Positions 26,838 to 37,016 of a stretch of 64,000 nucleotides of DNA are shown in pieces. The position numbers were made by a program, and so were the translations under genes. Location of the stretch: assembly GCF_006345805.1 (NCBI RefSeq), contig NC_042997.1, forward strand, positions 162,006,001 to 162,070,000. Reading direction: 5' to 3'. How positions within the stretch are numbered: position 1 is the first letter of the stretch; every line of letters starts with the position of its first letter. This DNA is from Octopus sinensis (Eukaryota). Under the pieces are notes generated by a model. It worked only from the letters and a program-made list of their open reading frames with translations, was not told the DNA's origin and searched no databases.

Positions 26838-27765
26838 GGCGGCGAAGTGACAGAATCGTTAACATGCCAGAAAAAATGCTTAGCAGTATTTCATCCGTCT
26901 TAACGTTCTGAGATCAAATTCTGCCTAAATCTCCTTTGCTTTTTATCCTTTCGGGATTTATAAAATAAGTACCAATCAATTACTGGAGACGATGTAGTCA
27001 ACTACCCCTCTCCTCAAAAATAGCTGGCCCTGTGCCAAAATTTGGCACCATTATCCTTTGATATTTGATTAATATTATCATTTTAACAGTTATAATTCAT
27101 TATCATCATGAAATTGGAAGGCATGTTTTAAAAAATTCCTTGAAAGTATTATTATTGAATACATGCCAGAAAAAATGCTTAGCGGCATTTCATCCGTCTT
27201 AACGTTCTGAGATCAAATTCTGCCTAAATCTCCTTTGCTTTTTATCCTTTCGGGATTTATAAAATAAGTACCAATCAATTACTGGAGACGATGTAGTCAA
27301 CTACCCCTCTCCTCAAAAATAGCTGGCCCTGTGCCAAAATTTGGCACCATTATCCTTTGATATTTGATTAATATTATCATTTTAACAGTTATAATTCATT
27401 ATCATCATGAAATTGGAAGGCATGTTTTAAAAAAATTCCTTGAAAGTATTATTATTAAATACATGCCAGATAAAAATCCTTAGCGGCATTTCATCCGTCT
27501 TAACGTTCTGAGATCAAATTCTGCCTAAATCTCCTTTGCTTTTTATCCTTTCAGGATTTATAAAATAAGTAACAATCAATTACTGGAGACGATGTAGTCG
27601 ACTTCCCCTCTCCTCAAAAATAGCTGGCCCTGTGCCAAAATTTGGCACCATTATCCTTTGATATTTGATTAATATTATCATTTTGACAGATATAATTCAT
27701 TATCATCATGAAATTGGAAGGCATGTTTTAAAAAAATTCCTTGAAAGTATTATTATTGAATACAT
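26838..27765 (+). repeat. SINE (second family) followed by a 3x tandem array of a ~300 bp SINE-body-plus-flank unit
   Basis: Units start with ACATGCCAGA at 26862, 27161 and 27461 (periods 299 and 300). The SINE 5' head GGCGGCGAAGTGACAGAATCG is present once, before unit 1. Confidence 0.92.
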
Positions 27766-28329
27766 TCGAAATGCTTTGTAGTACACAAAATAAACAAGAA
27801 AATGTTTTCATCATGCCATCCAGTTTTATCCCGATAACAAATAATGTAACCAAGAGAATATCTTTTTTTTTTTTGTGATGTGCAGTGGCCATGAATGGTA
27901 GAAAAATATGGAGGACTTCTTTTTCAAGTAAGTAAAATAATTCCCACCTCTTTTTTCTTTCTTTCTTTCTTTCTTTCTTTTCTTTCAAAAGAAATCTTAT
28001 CTGTACAATTATTATCTTCACTTTCAAACAAATATCTCTGCAAAATTTCATCTATAATATGCATTAATAAGAAAGTTATAAAGAAATAAGGTTAGTGAAA
28101 ACTGTAGTTATGCCTAGAAGATAAGATAGTTCCAGCTGAAATGGCTTTGGTTTTAAAGTCTGTTCGATCAAGACTGGGATCAAAACAACTAAAAACAACT
28201 GAAAACAACAGAAGAAAATATTAGTAAGACGAAAAATAATTACGTTTTTGCTTCCTTCATTTCTTTTCTCTAAAAATTTCTATGACGAATAAGAAAATTA
28301 AGTAACAAGTGGGTTTAAAATAGAGATCG

Positions 28330-28615
28330 TCTGCTTCTCCTGAGTGTTCATATCATTGCGCAATGACTTATAAGGCTCTACTTCCGCCGCAATCCGCATT
28401 TATTAATAAGAGTTGAATATTCAGACGCATATGTTATGCTTTAAGTCGATGAGATTTGTTAAGTTTAGTTATCGTATTTTAAATAGTTATAATATGGATA
28501 TTAAAATAATTTTTTAAAGTTTTTAATAATGTACTATTTGTTTAAATAAAAAAAATTGATATAACCGTAGTACCTCCTCCAATGCGTGCTAATGCTTGAA
28601 CTCATCACGTGATCT
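28330..28615 (-). promoter_or_regulatory. Candidate core promoter of the minus-strand Ig-domain gene (TSS ~28341)
   Basis: On the minus strand: Inr-like TCA(28341)G, TATAAG starting 31 nt upstream (28372) and ETS CGGAAGT (28386-28380). Also a perfect palindrome TCATTGCGCAATGA with a C/EBP-type core (28353-28366), CCAAT (28579) and E-box TCACGTGA (28605-28612). It sits where CpG depletion ends. Confidence 0.4.
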
Positions 28616-28892
28616 GTAAGAAAGTGTTTCTAAGACTATGTCGATAAATTCTAAACAAAATGACAGTAAAAGTTTATATCACAAATAGTGATTCGAAAAT
28701 TAAAATTAATTTTTCCCTTTCACCCTTCTATTCAACTTTCACAATTAAAATTTTCATTAACTTCAAACATTTACCACGGCCTGCATTGCTTACATTCAAA
28801 TCAAGGTTCTCAGTTCTTGTAGAACTTCACTAAGTAATCTTCTTCAAAAACTACATACATATGTCGACGTTTTTTACTAAAACGTTTAAGAG

Positions 28893-29222
28893 ACACAAGC
28901 ATGGTAGTGTGGTTAAGAAGTTTGCTTATAAATTACGTGGTTTCGAGTTCAATCTTATTGCACTGTACCTTGGGCAAGAGTCTTCTCTTAGAGCTCCGAA
29001 GCAACTATTTCTTTGTAAGCGAATTTGGGAGACAAAACTGAGTAGAAGCCTGTCATATATATACATAAGTGTGTGTGTGTGTGAACAAGGACTGGTTTGT
29101 TTATGTTCCCGTAACATGCGGTTCGGCAAAAAGTAACCCGATTGAATAAGTACAAGACTTAAAACTTAAGGCGGTGGTCCATCATGGCATCGGTCTAATG
29201 ACTGTGATAAGTAAAAAAGAAA
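28893..29222 (+). mobile_element. tRNA-derived SINE (same family as 3025-3441)
   Basis: Head GTAGTGTGGTTAAG..GAGTTCAATC, core CCTTGGGCAAG, internal (TG)n and tail GGCGGTGGTCCATCATGG..CGGTCTAATGACTG. Confidence 0.8.
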
Positions 29223-30659
29223 AAAGTTATATATATGTATAACTTATTTAAATTCAAATCCTTCTTTCTCTGATACACGATTTAATATACCTATCTATTT
29301 ACTTATTTACCCATGTCGAATCCAGGAATACATTAAATTTAGTTTCTCTATCACAAGGAAGATTTTCTGTTTAGCTTTTTAATAAACCCGGCAGTGAATA
29401 TTTTAACACAATTTTAACTTTATTAGTTGATTGTCAGCACTGGCGAATGAAATTGATACGAAATGTATTCGGTGAAAAGATGAAGATACACGCATATGTC
29501 TGTATATATAAGCATGTAGGGCCGGCTCTAGGGTTGCTGGCGCTCCGGGCAAGCTGAACTTCGACGTGTACAAGCTGATGATCGAGGACATTTCCTTGTC
29601 TTCAGCGTTCCGGGCGACTGTCCGAGTTGCCGGTACCTTGAGCTTGCCCTGTATGCGTGTATGTAAAGGATTAGATATATGGAATGAAATAAGGAAACTA
29701 TTTGACCAGCGCTTTCAATTATCTATTAATAATAACGTTTAAATGAACGAAATTACACAGCTTATGTATTATAACGTGAAAGTTATCCAGGTAGAGCATC
29801 AACAAAATCTTATACTAATTAAAACTTCTGAGACAATCAAGAAGCAAAAATTCATCAACATTCGGCAAACGCACGCCTAACATTCTAATGATTTTCTTCG
29901 TAACTTTGGAAGATATACCCACTTTCTTGAAATCTGATGCCATCCAGAAACACCCTACTCGCGTACATTAACAATTTATTATTAAATGTCTAACCTGTCA
30001 CGAAACAAATTTACTGAAAGCTCCCTAACGCTTAATGCTGGTAAGCAGTGAGCTATTTTCGGTGCATAAGAAAATACACTTTATATATTATATAGTGACT
30101 TTTTGACTTTGACACAGTGATATTTCTAATGTAAGTTTTTCATATTGTCTTATATTATCTTTGTTGCATGTTGTACAACATCTTAAGACTTGCTCAGTTG
30201 TGAACCTACGCAGTAGCTTTTTATTACCTACGAATAACCCAAGATGATGAAATATGCAGGAGAACGAGCCGATAGACAAGGTGTGTGTGATGTGTGTTAT
30301 AAGTTGTTAGACAGTATGGAGGAAAATAATAGTAAAGATCTGTCATGTTGAAATCCAGGATCGATATTAAGCATACTGTCAAATATGCTTAAGAATTTTA
30401 TAAGATGATTTAGGAATGAGCTGAAAGTGATATATGAGCCATGAAATATAAACTCCTGTTTCAAAGTATGCTAACTGACAGCTAACGACAAAATATGTAC
30501 CGAAGCCATCTAAAATATTTGTATATAAAACTTTTATGTATCTTCGAGTGTGGATGAAAGATAGCAGAACGGTAACTCGACACATTACAGTACTTAGTTT
30601 CATTCCTTTCGATTCGAATATAAATCCAGTTGATTTCAACTAAATATATGTACGGATTT

Positions 30660-31065
30660 TATCTTTTATCTGTTCGCTGTTTCAGTCATTATAGACTGCG
30701 GCTATGCTGGAGTATCGCTTCGAAGAATTTTAGTCAAACGAATCGACTTGAATACGTTTTTTAAAACCTGGTACTTATTCTATCGGGTTCTTTTTGCCCA
30801 ACCTCTAAGTTACGGGAACATAAATACAACACCGGTTGTCAAGTACTCAGGAGGAGGCAACACTAACACACACATATATTCATAAAAAGTAAAAGTATAT
30901 ATATATATATATATATTTATACACACACGCGAAGTCTTTCAGTTTTGGACTACTAAATCCTTTCGCAAGGCTATCGTAGATACACTAGCCTAGGGTGCCG
31001 CGCATTGGAACTGAACCGGCAACCATGTGGTTGGGAAGCAAACTTCATACCACACAGCCACACAC
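30660..31065 (-). mobile_element. tRNA-derived SINE (same family as 3025-3441), CpG-retaining copy
   Basis: Minus head TGGCTGTGTGGTATGAAG..CCGGTTCAGTTCC, internal (TA)n and tail CATAGCCGCAGTCTATAATGACTGAAAC. Confidence 0.85.
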
Positions 31066-31742
31066 CAGTAACTTGATATGTATCGATTCAATCCTTCAAT
31101 GTCGAATAAACTAATTTATCAGTGTGAGAGGAACATATACCGAGTCGATCTATGTGATTATACTTCTTCCCTGCAGATATTAACTGAGTAAAAAAGACCG
31201 AATTGCTACCTCTTAAAATTACTTTGCGGTATGCCTCCACATATGCACCCTACCGATTTTGTTGCCTCATAACTTCCAGAAAAAAATTGATATTTTACAA
31301 TGAAATTTTCTACAAATACGCTTCAGATAGTGTAGATTCCGATTATATGGGAATTTGTGATTGAAAAAAAATTTCTGAGGGCGAGGTAGGGAGTTTCAGA
31401 AAATTCATATGAGTCGGCTTTGTTTCCACATAGCTTTCAGGAAAACGGGTATTTTTTATGAAATTTTCTACAAATCCCTTTCAAAGTGTTTAAATTACGA
31501 TTATATCGTTCTTTAATATGAAGAAAAAAATTGGCTCACGCACACATTCATACTGACACATAATTTTTTTTTTCCTTTTCGAAATTTCCAGTTTCATCTT
31601 GTAGATATATATGATGTGTGTTAGTGTTTGTGTATATGAGTCCACTAATTTTGTTTTTCATAGTGAAGACCCATATAATCGTAATCTACACATCATGAAA
31701 TGTGAATTTTCCGAAACTCCTCTCTCCACTTATGAAAAGTCC

Positions 31743-32824
31743 GGATCTTTTCTAAAAGAGAAAAATGTATTTTGTAACTTTTACGTAGTTTAATTCTTCG
31801 AATTTTAACCAATCGTATTCTCTGTTTTGACCTCAATTCATTGCTGCCGTGTTATTCGTCCTTATCCATGTCTTCTGTCTTCAAAAGCTTCTTTATTTCA
31901 ATGTCATCCCTGACTTACGGAACGATTACCTGTGTGTGTGTGTTTTTGTTGTGTATGTGTGTGCGTGTGTGTGTTTGTTGTGTGTGTGTGTGTTATTGTT
32001 GTGTATGTGTGTGTTATTGTTGTGTATGTGTGTGTTATTGTTGTGTGTGTGTTTTTTTGTTGTGCATGTGTGCGTGTGTCTTTTTGTTGTGTATGTGTGT
32101 GTGTTTGTTTTGTTGTGTATGTATGCGTGTGTTGTGTATCTCTTAAATCGATGAATTTCGTCGCCCAATAAAAATATTAACGATATCAAAGTTCAAAAAA
32201 TATCGTTAATATTTTTATTGGGCGACGAAATTCATCGATTTAAGAGATACACAACAACAAAAAAACACACACACACATATACAACAAAAAGACACACACA
32301 CACACGCAAGAGATACACAACACACGCACACATACACAACAAAAAACACACACTCACACACATACACAACAAAAAGACACATACACACATACTCACACAT
32401 ACACAACAATAACACACACATACACAAGAATAACACACACAACAAACACACACACACATACATACACAACAATAACACACACACACAACAAACACACACA
32501 CGCACACACATACACAACAAAAGCACACACACACAGGTAATCGTTCCGTAAGTCAGGGATGACATTGAAATAAACATGCGAGAAGCTTTTGAAGACAGAA
32601 GACATGGATAAGGACGAATAACACGGCAGGAATGAATTGAGGTCAAAACAGAGAATACGATTGGTTAAAATTCGAAGAATTAAACTACGTAAAAGTTACA
32701 AAATACATTTTTCTCAAAAAAACTAATTGAAATTAATGTTTTCTTTTGACACATTCTACCAGTATACGAAATTTCAAATTATTTAGTTAAGTAGAAAATT
32801 CTGTCCATCTTTTAGAAAAGATCC
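31743..32824. mobile_element. 1082 bp foldback element, almost entirely palindromic, with GG termini and an 8-bp TSD
   Basis: Termini GGATCTTTTCTAAAAGA and its rc at 32808-32824. Arms 31758-32186 and 32200-32715 pair around a 13-nt loop. Flanks are AAAAGTCC (31735-42) and AAAAGTTC (32825-32). Confidence 0.85.
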
Positions 32825-32852
32825 AAAAGTTCTTTTCCACAACAAATTCTGA

Positions 32853-33148
32853 GGTACTATTTAAGAAGAGTGGTCCCGGTACGCGCACTCGCGCAGCCGC
32901 GCTAGTTAGTCGTGACTAGTCGATCCTTACTTTGTATTTTTATTTTATTTACTTTGTTTAAAAAAATTATTTACTGTGTTTTTGTGTTTTATTTACTTTG
33001 TTTAAAAAACATTTACTTTGTGTAAAAAAATTATTTATTTTGTGTTTTATTTACTTTGCTAGGTAGTCGGTGTAGGATCGACTAGACACGACTAGCTAGC
33101 GCGGATGTGCGAGTGTGCGCACCGGGACCACTCTTCGTAAATAGTACC
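32853..33148. mobile_element. 296 bp MITE with 75-bp TIRs (GGTACTATTT...) and a perfect 8-bp TSD
   Basis: TIRs are at 32853-32927 and 33074-33148. TSD AATTCTGA is at 32845-52 and 33149-56. The interior is ATTTACTTTG subrepeats. Confidence 0.92.
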
Positions 33149-33544
33149 AATTCTGATATAATCGGAATTTTTACCATCTCAAGTGTATTTATTGAAAGTT
33201 TCATGCAAAAAATATCCGTTTTTCTGAAAGTTATGAGACAACAAAGTCGGTGGTGGGGTATACACATGTGGAGGTATACCTCACTTTGCAATTACTCGCT
33301 GTTTTGAAAATATATGAATTGCAGCAAACAACTATTTGTTATCAAGATAAGGAAATTTGGCACTCGTTGGTTGATAACAGAAATAGGGAATCCTCTCCCG
33401 TTTTCATATCTGAAAATGTTCACTGATAAAGTGAACCTGCTATAAGATTTCTAAAGAATCTTGAATCAGTGGCATCAATTTTAAATCACTTCAAACTGGA
33501 GTACGAAACGAAAGTGCTTTATTGCGTACTTATTATATGAAATG

Positions 33545-33847
33545 TGGAGGCACATAGCCTAGTGGTTAGAGCAGCGGACTCGCGGTCGAGGGGTCGCGGG
33601 TTTGAATCTCAGACCGGGCGATGTGTGTGTTTATGAGCGAAACAACTAAGCTCCACGCGGCTCCGGCAGAAGGTAATGGCGAATTTCTGCTGACTCTTCC
33701 GCCACAACTTTCTCTTTCTTTTTCCGCCTGCATCTTGCAGCTCACCTACGACGGACTGGCGTACCGTCCAGGTGGGGAACCTATACGCCAAGGAAATCGG
33801 GAAACCAGCCCTAATGAGCCAGGCATGACTCGAGAAGGAACAAACAA
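33545..33847 (+). mobile_element. Young tRNA-derived SINE, third family, with a 14-bp TSD
   Basis: Head GGAGGCACATAGCCTAGTGGTTAGAGC...GGGTTTGAATCTC (A and B boxes), tail GAGAAGGAACAAACAA, and TSD TATTATATGAAATG at 33531-44 and 33848-61. Confidence 0.9.
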
Positions 33848-34522
33848 TATTATATGAAATGAGAAAATGTTTTATATTTTACATTCAGTTTTAAAGCATG
33901 TTAAGTCTTACCAAAATTTACTGCATATTCCATTTCCTAAATAATATTGCGTTTCCAGTACTTTTATTTACAAGAATTTTGTTGTTGTTTAGTCTCAAAT
34001 CAATCCTAATCGTCCGGCTCTGTAGGTAAGTCTTGCGGCCTTCTTCGCCATTCTATCTCTCTCTCAAGTTGCATTATTTTTCCGTTGAATGTTACTATTG
34101 TCGTTGTTGCTGCTACTGTTTAGCCCCAGGTCGACTAGAAACTAGCTGACCAATGAACAAAGGGCATGGCATGAATATCTTGTTTCTTCAACCATCACCA
34201 GATTACGGTAGCCAATGTCTTTAATTTTTTTTCATGGTATAGAGTGGGGGATCTTTTCTGTTTGGCTGCCAAATTCCAATCTCTTCAATTCCTGCTCGAA
34301 TTGATTTCATATTCCAGTCTCTACAATTCCTGCTCGAATTGATTTCATATTCGGCGTAATGATATGGTTTTATATGCTAATCACTGCTTTGAAATTTATT
34401 TTCACAATAAATCAATAAATAAAGAGTTGCTAGCTTTTGAAGTTTGCAAATTTTTGGTAATTTTAGCCAATAGTAAGCCACAGACACATTCATGCTTGTT
34501 TCCATAGTAACAAGCCAAGCAC

Positions 34523-35003
34523 TATATCGAAAGGGTTACCAGCCAAAGCGCTTTCTTTCGCTAGGGGCCTCACTGACGTTAGTGACAGGGATATAAAAAT
34601 CATTATGCATGCCAGGAAGGCAGTACTGTTTAACAAAGGTTCGGCGTGGGTCAGGCGATCCGATCCCACGAGCCTCTTTGATGTAGCGATGGGAGCCTAC
34701 GACAGTGCTGACGTGTACGACCTTATAAGATTGTACATCCTGGATACCCTTAGGAAAAAATTCCCCTCTATCCTCTTTGGCCTCCGCAGGAATGACGCCC
34801 TGGCCATCTCTAGGGGAGCAAGTGGCCACATACCAGATAGGCTTGAGAAGGACTTAATCAGTACGTTTGGCTCCATGGGATTGAAGATCACCATAGAGAC
34901 CAACCTCACCACAGCGGACTTCTTAGATGTCACGCTGGACTTGGGCTCCGGTACCTACATACCCTACCGCAAACCAAACGAGAGGATAACATACATCAAC
35001 ACA
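34523..35003 (+). mobile_element. Penelope-like element RT fragment
   Basis: HARKAVLF..FDVAMGAYDSADVYDLIRLYIL..GLRRNDAL..GLKITIETN..DFLDVTLDL..Y.PYRKPN..YIN matches PLE RT motifs (MG.YD.A; LYRDD degenerated; FLDV; PYRKPN). Confidence 0.85.
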
Positions 35004-35318
35004 GAGTGAAAAAGAATCTTTTGTATCGCATTTCTGTCTGTGATTTGCTGTATAAACGCAACCAAAATCCACCCTTTTTGAAACAAATTTTGATGGGTGA
35101 TGAGAAATGGATCGTTCACAACAATGTTCAACGAAAAAGATCCTGGGGTAAGCGACACGAGCCACCTTTAGCCACCCCCTGAATAGGTCTTCATCCTAAG
35201 AAAGTCATGCTCGGCTTCTAGTTAGATTGGAAAGAAATCCTGTACTATGAGCTCCTGAGAAATACTGCTTACAACTGGACGATTTAAAAGCAGCAATTCA
35301 AGAAAAACGCTCAGAATT
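35004..35318 (+). mobile_element. Local copy of part of the dead mariner fragment at 54.1-54.4 kb
   Basis: Essentially identical to 54108-54421. The one difference I saw is TTCTAG vs TTCTTG. Both copies share the in-frame TGA and an internal deletion. Confidence 0.9.
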
Positions 35319-35365
35319 AACCGAATTATCCATACTGGGATAATTCATTCAACTACTTAAACATA

Positions 35366-36875
35366 TCTATATATATAAAAGTGAAGTTGTGTAAGTGTCT
35401 GTCTCCTACGATTTAGATTTCTAACTACTCCCACATTTTGCGGTGCAGTTTAACCAAATTCGGGTATCTTATAGTTGTGATTCATATCGAGCCCGTCTGG
35501 GTATTAGCGCGCGTCTACGATGAGTCTACGATTTTAAAAATAATTTACCATAATTTTTTTCCATTTTAACGCATATTTTTTTCCCTCCTTCGTGAAGCTG
35601 TGGGGAAGGGAGTGTAAGGAAATCAACGTCGTAAAGCGTTGTCAAGGAGACCAGCGTTCTTTTAGAACAACGACTTCATGGCTTGAAGACACCAAAACAG
35701 AAATGGCTAAGAAAGCCCGAAAGCAAATTCTACAAAATCGGGAAACACGCCACACAGGGAAGGTTTCCCGTGCACATAATTTGCACAACCGAATGTTATA
35801 GTTGTTGCACAACTTTTACTTAAAAAATATTATCCAAACACAAACTTTTGAAGGCAATATTGTATGGCGATGGTACTTGTGAAATATGGTAATGGATTTA
35901 GTAGCCAAAAGGAGAGAGCAGAGGCAATGTATGGTGGTGGTGGAGGCGGTGGTAGTGGCAGCGGTGGTGGCGGTGGTGCTGGTAGTGGTGATGGTGGTCG
36001 TGGTCGTGGTGGTCGTCGTGTTTGTGGTGGTGGGGGTGATGATGGTGGTCGTGGTGGTCGTGGTGGTCTTCGTGATGGTGGTGGTGATGGTCATGGGCGT
36101 AGTGGTGGTGGTGGTGGTCATGGTGGTAGTGGTGATGGTGTTGGTCGTGGTGGTGGTGGCTGAAGCTGTCGTCTGGGTTCTTCCAATTTTTTCGTGTGTC
36201 GGTGGCGGCGTTGGCGTTCATGCTCGCACTTGCACCTGTGTAGCTCCTCCCCTTCTTCCCTCCCTCGTGAAGCTGTGGGGAAGGCAGGGTAGGGAAATCA
36301 ACGTCGTAAAGCGTTGTCAAGGAGACCAGCGTTCTTTTAGAACAACGACTTCATGTCTTGAAGTCGCCAAAACAGAAATCGCTAAAAAAGCTGAAACAGA
36401 TCCACAAAAACGGCAAAAACTGCCACACAGGGCAGGTTTCCTGTGCAAACAATTTGCACAACCGAATGTTTTAGTTGTTGCACAAATCTTTATATATAAA
36501 AGTGAAGTTGTGTGTCTGTCTCCTACGATTTAGATTCCTAACTACTCCCACATTTTGCGGGTGCAGTTTAACCAAAACCGGGTATCTAATAGTCGTGATT
36601 CATATCGAGCCCTTCTGGGTATTAGCGCGCGTCTACGATGAGTTTACGATTTAAAAAAAAATTACCATCATTTTTCCATTTTGATGCATTTTTCGCTATT
36701 ATATAAGGGAAGTAACTCTCTAAAAATGTCTACGATGAGTCAACAATTTTAAAAAAAATTACCATAATTTTTTTTCCATTTTAATGCATTTTTTTGCTAT
36801 TTTGGCTATAACTCTCTAAAAATGCTTAATAGTTATTTCCCTTACAAACCGAGCAACGCTGTGCGATACTGCTAG
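35366..36875 (+). mobile_element. Compound non-autonomous Helitron
   Basis: 5' A|TCTATATATATAAAAGTGAAG at 35366 and a second A|TCTTTATATATAAAAGTGAAG start at 36487. The 3' end is ..CCGAGCAACGCTGTGCGATACTGCTAG|T (CTAG ends 36875). A ~230 bp module is duplicated (35583-35812, 36257-36485). Confidence 0.8.
35930..36162 (+). repeat. Degenerate (GGT/GAT/CGT)n trinucleotide tract inside the Helitron
   Basis: Visible directly. It explains the Gly-, Val-, Thr- and His-rich pseudo-ORFs. Confidence 0.95.
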
Positions 36876-36946
36876 TATTATATATATATTATTAAATATA
36901 TAATATATATTTATATATATAATATATATAATATATATATATATAT

Positions 36947-37016
<70 letters not shown>

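Larger units (their letters stand above)
31226..33282. mobile_element. Palindromic MITE host (~660 bp without inserts) carrying two nested insertions
   Basis: Termini are GCGGTATGCCTCCAC and rc GAGGTATACCTCCAC. A 5-bp direct repeat ACTTT lies at 31221-25 and 33283-87. Arm similarity continues across both insertion points. Confidence 0.8.

Noticed and set aside
33545-33620. tRNA-like sequence (also the heads at 3441, 28893, 31065 and 60727)
   Set aside because: A and B boxes are present, but there is no proper acceptor stem. Each continues into a SINE body, and one has a TSD, so they are SINE heads rather than tRNA genes.
35816-36533. Gly-rich, Thr-rich, His-rich and Val-rich ORFs up to 215 aa
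   Set aside because: All derive from the (GGT)n tract inside the Helitron and are open in several frames on both strands.
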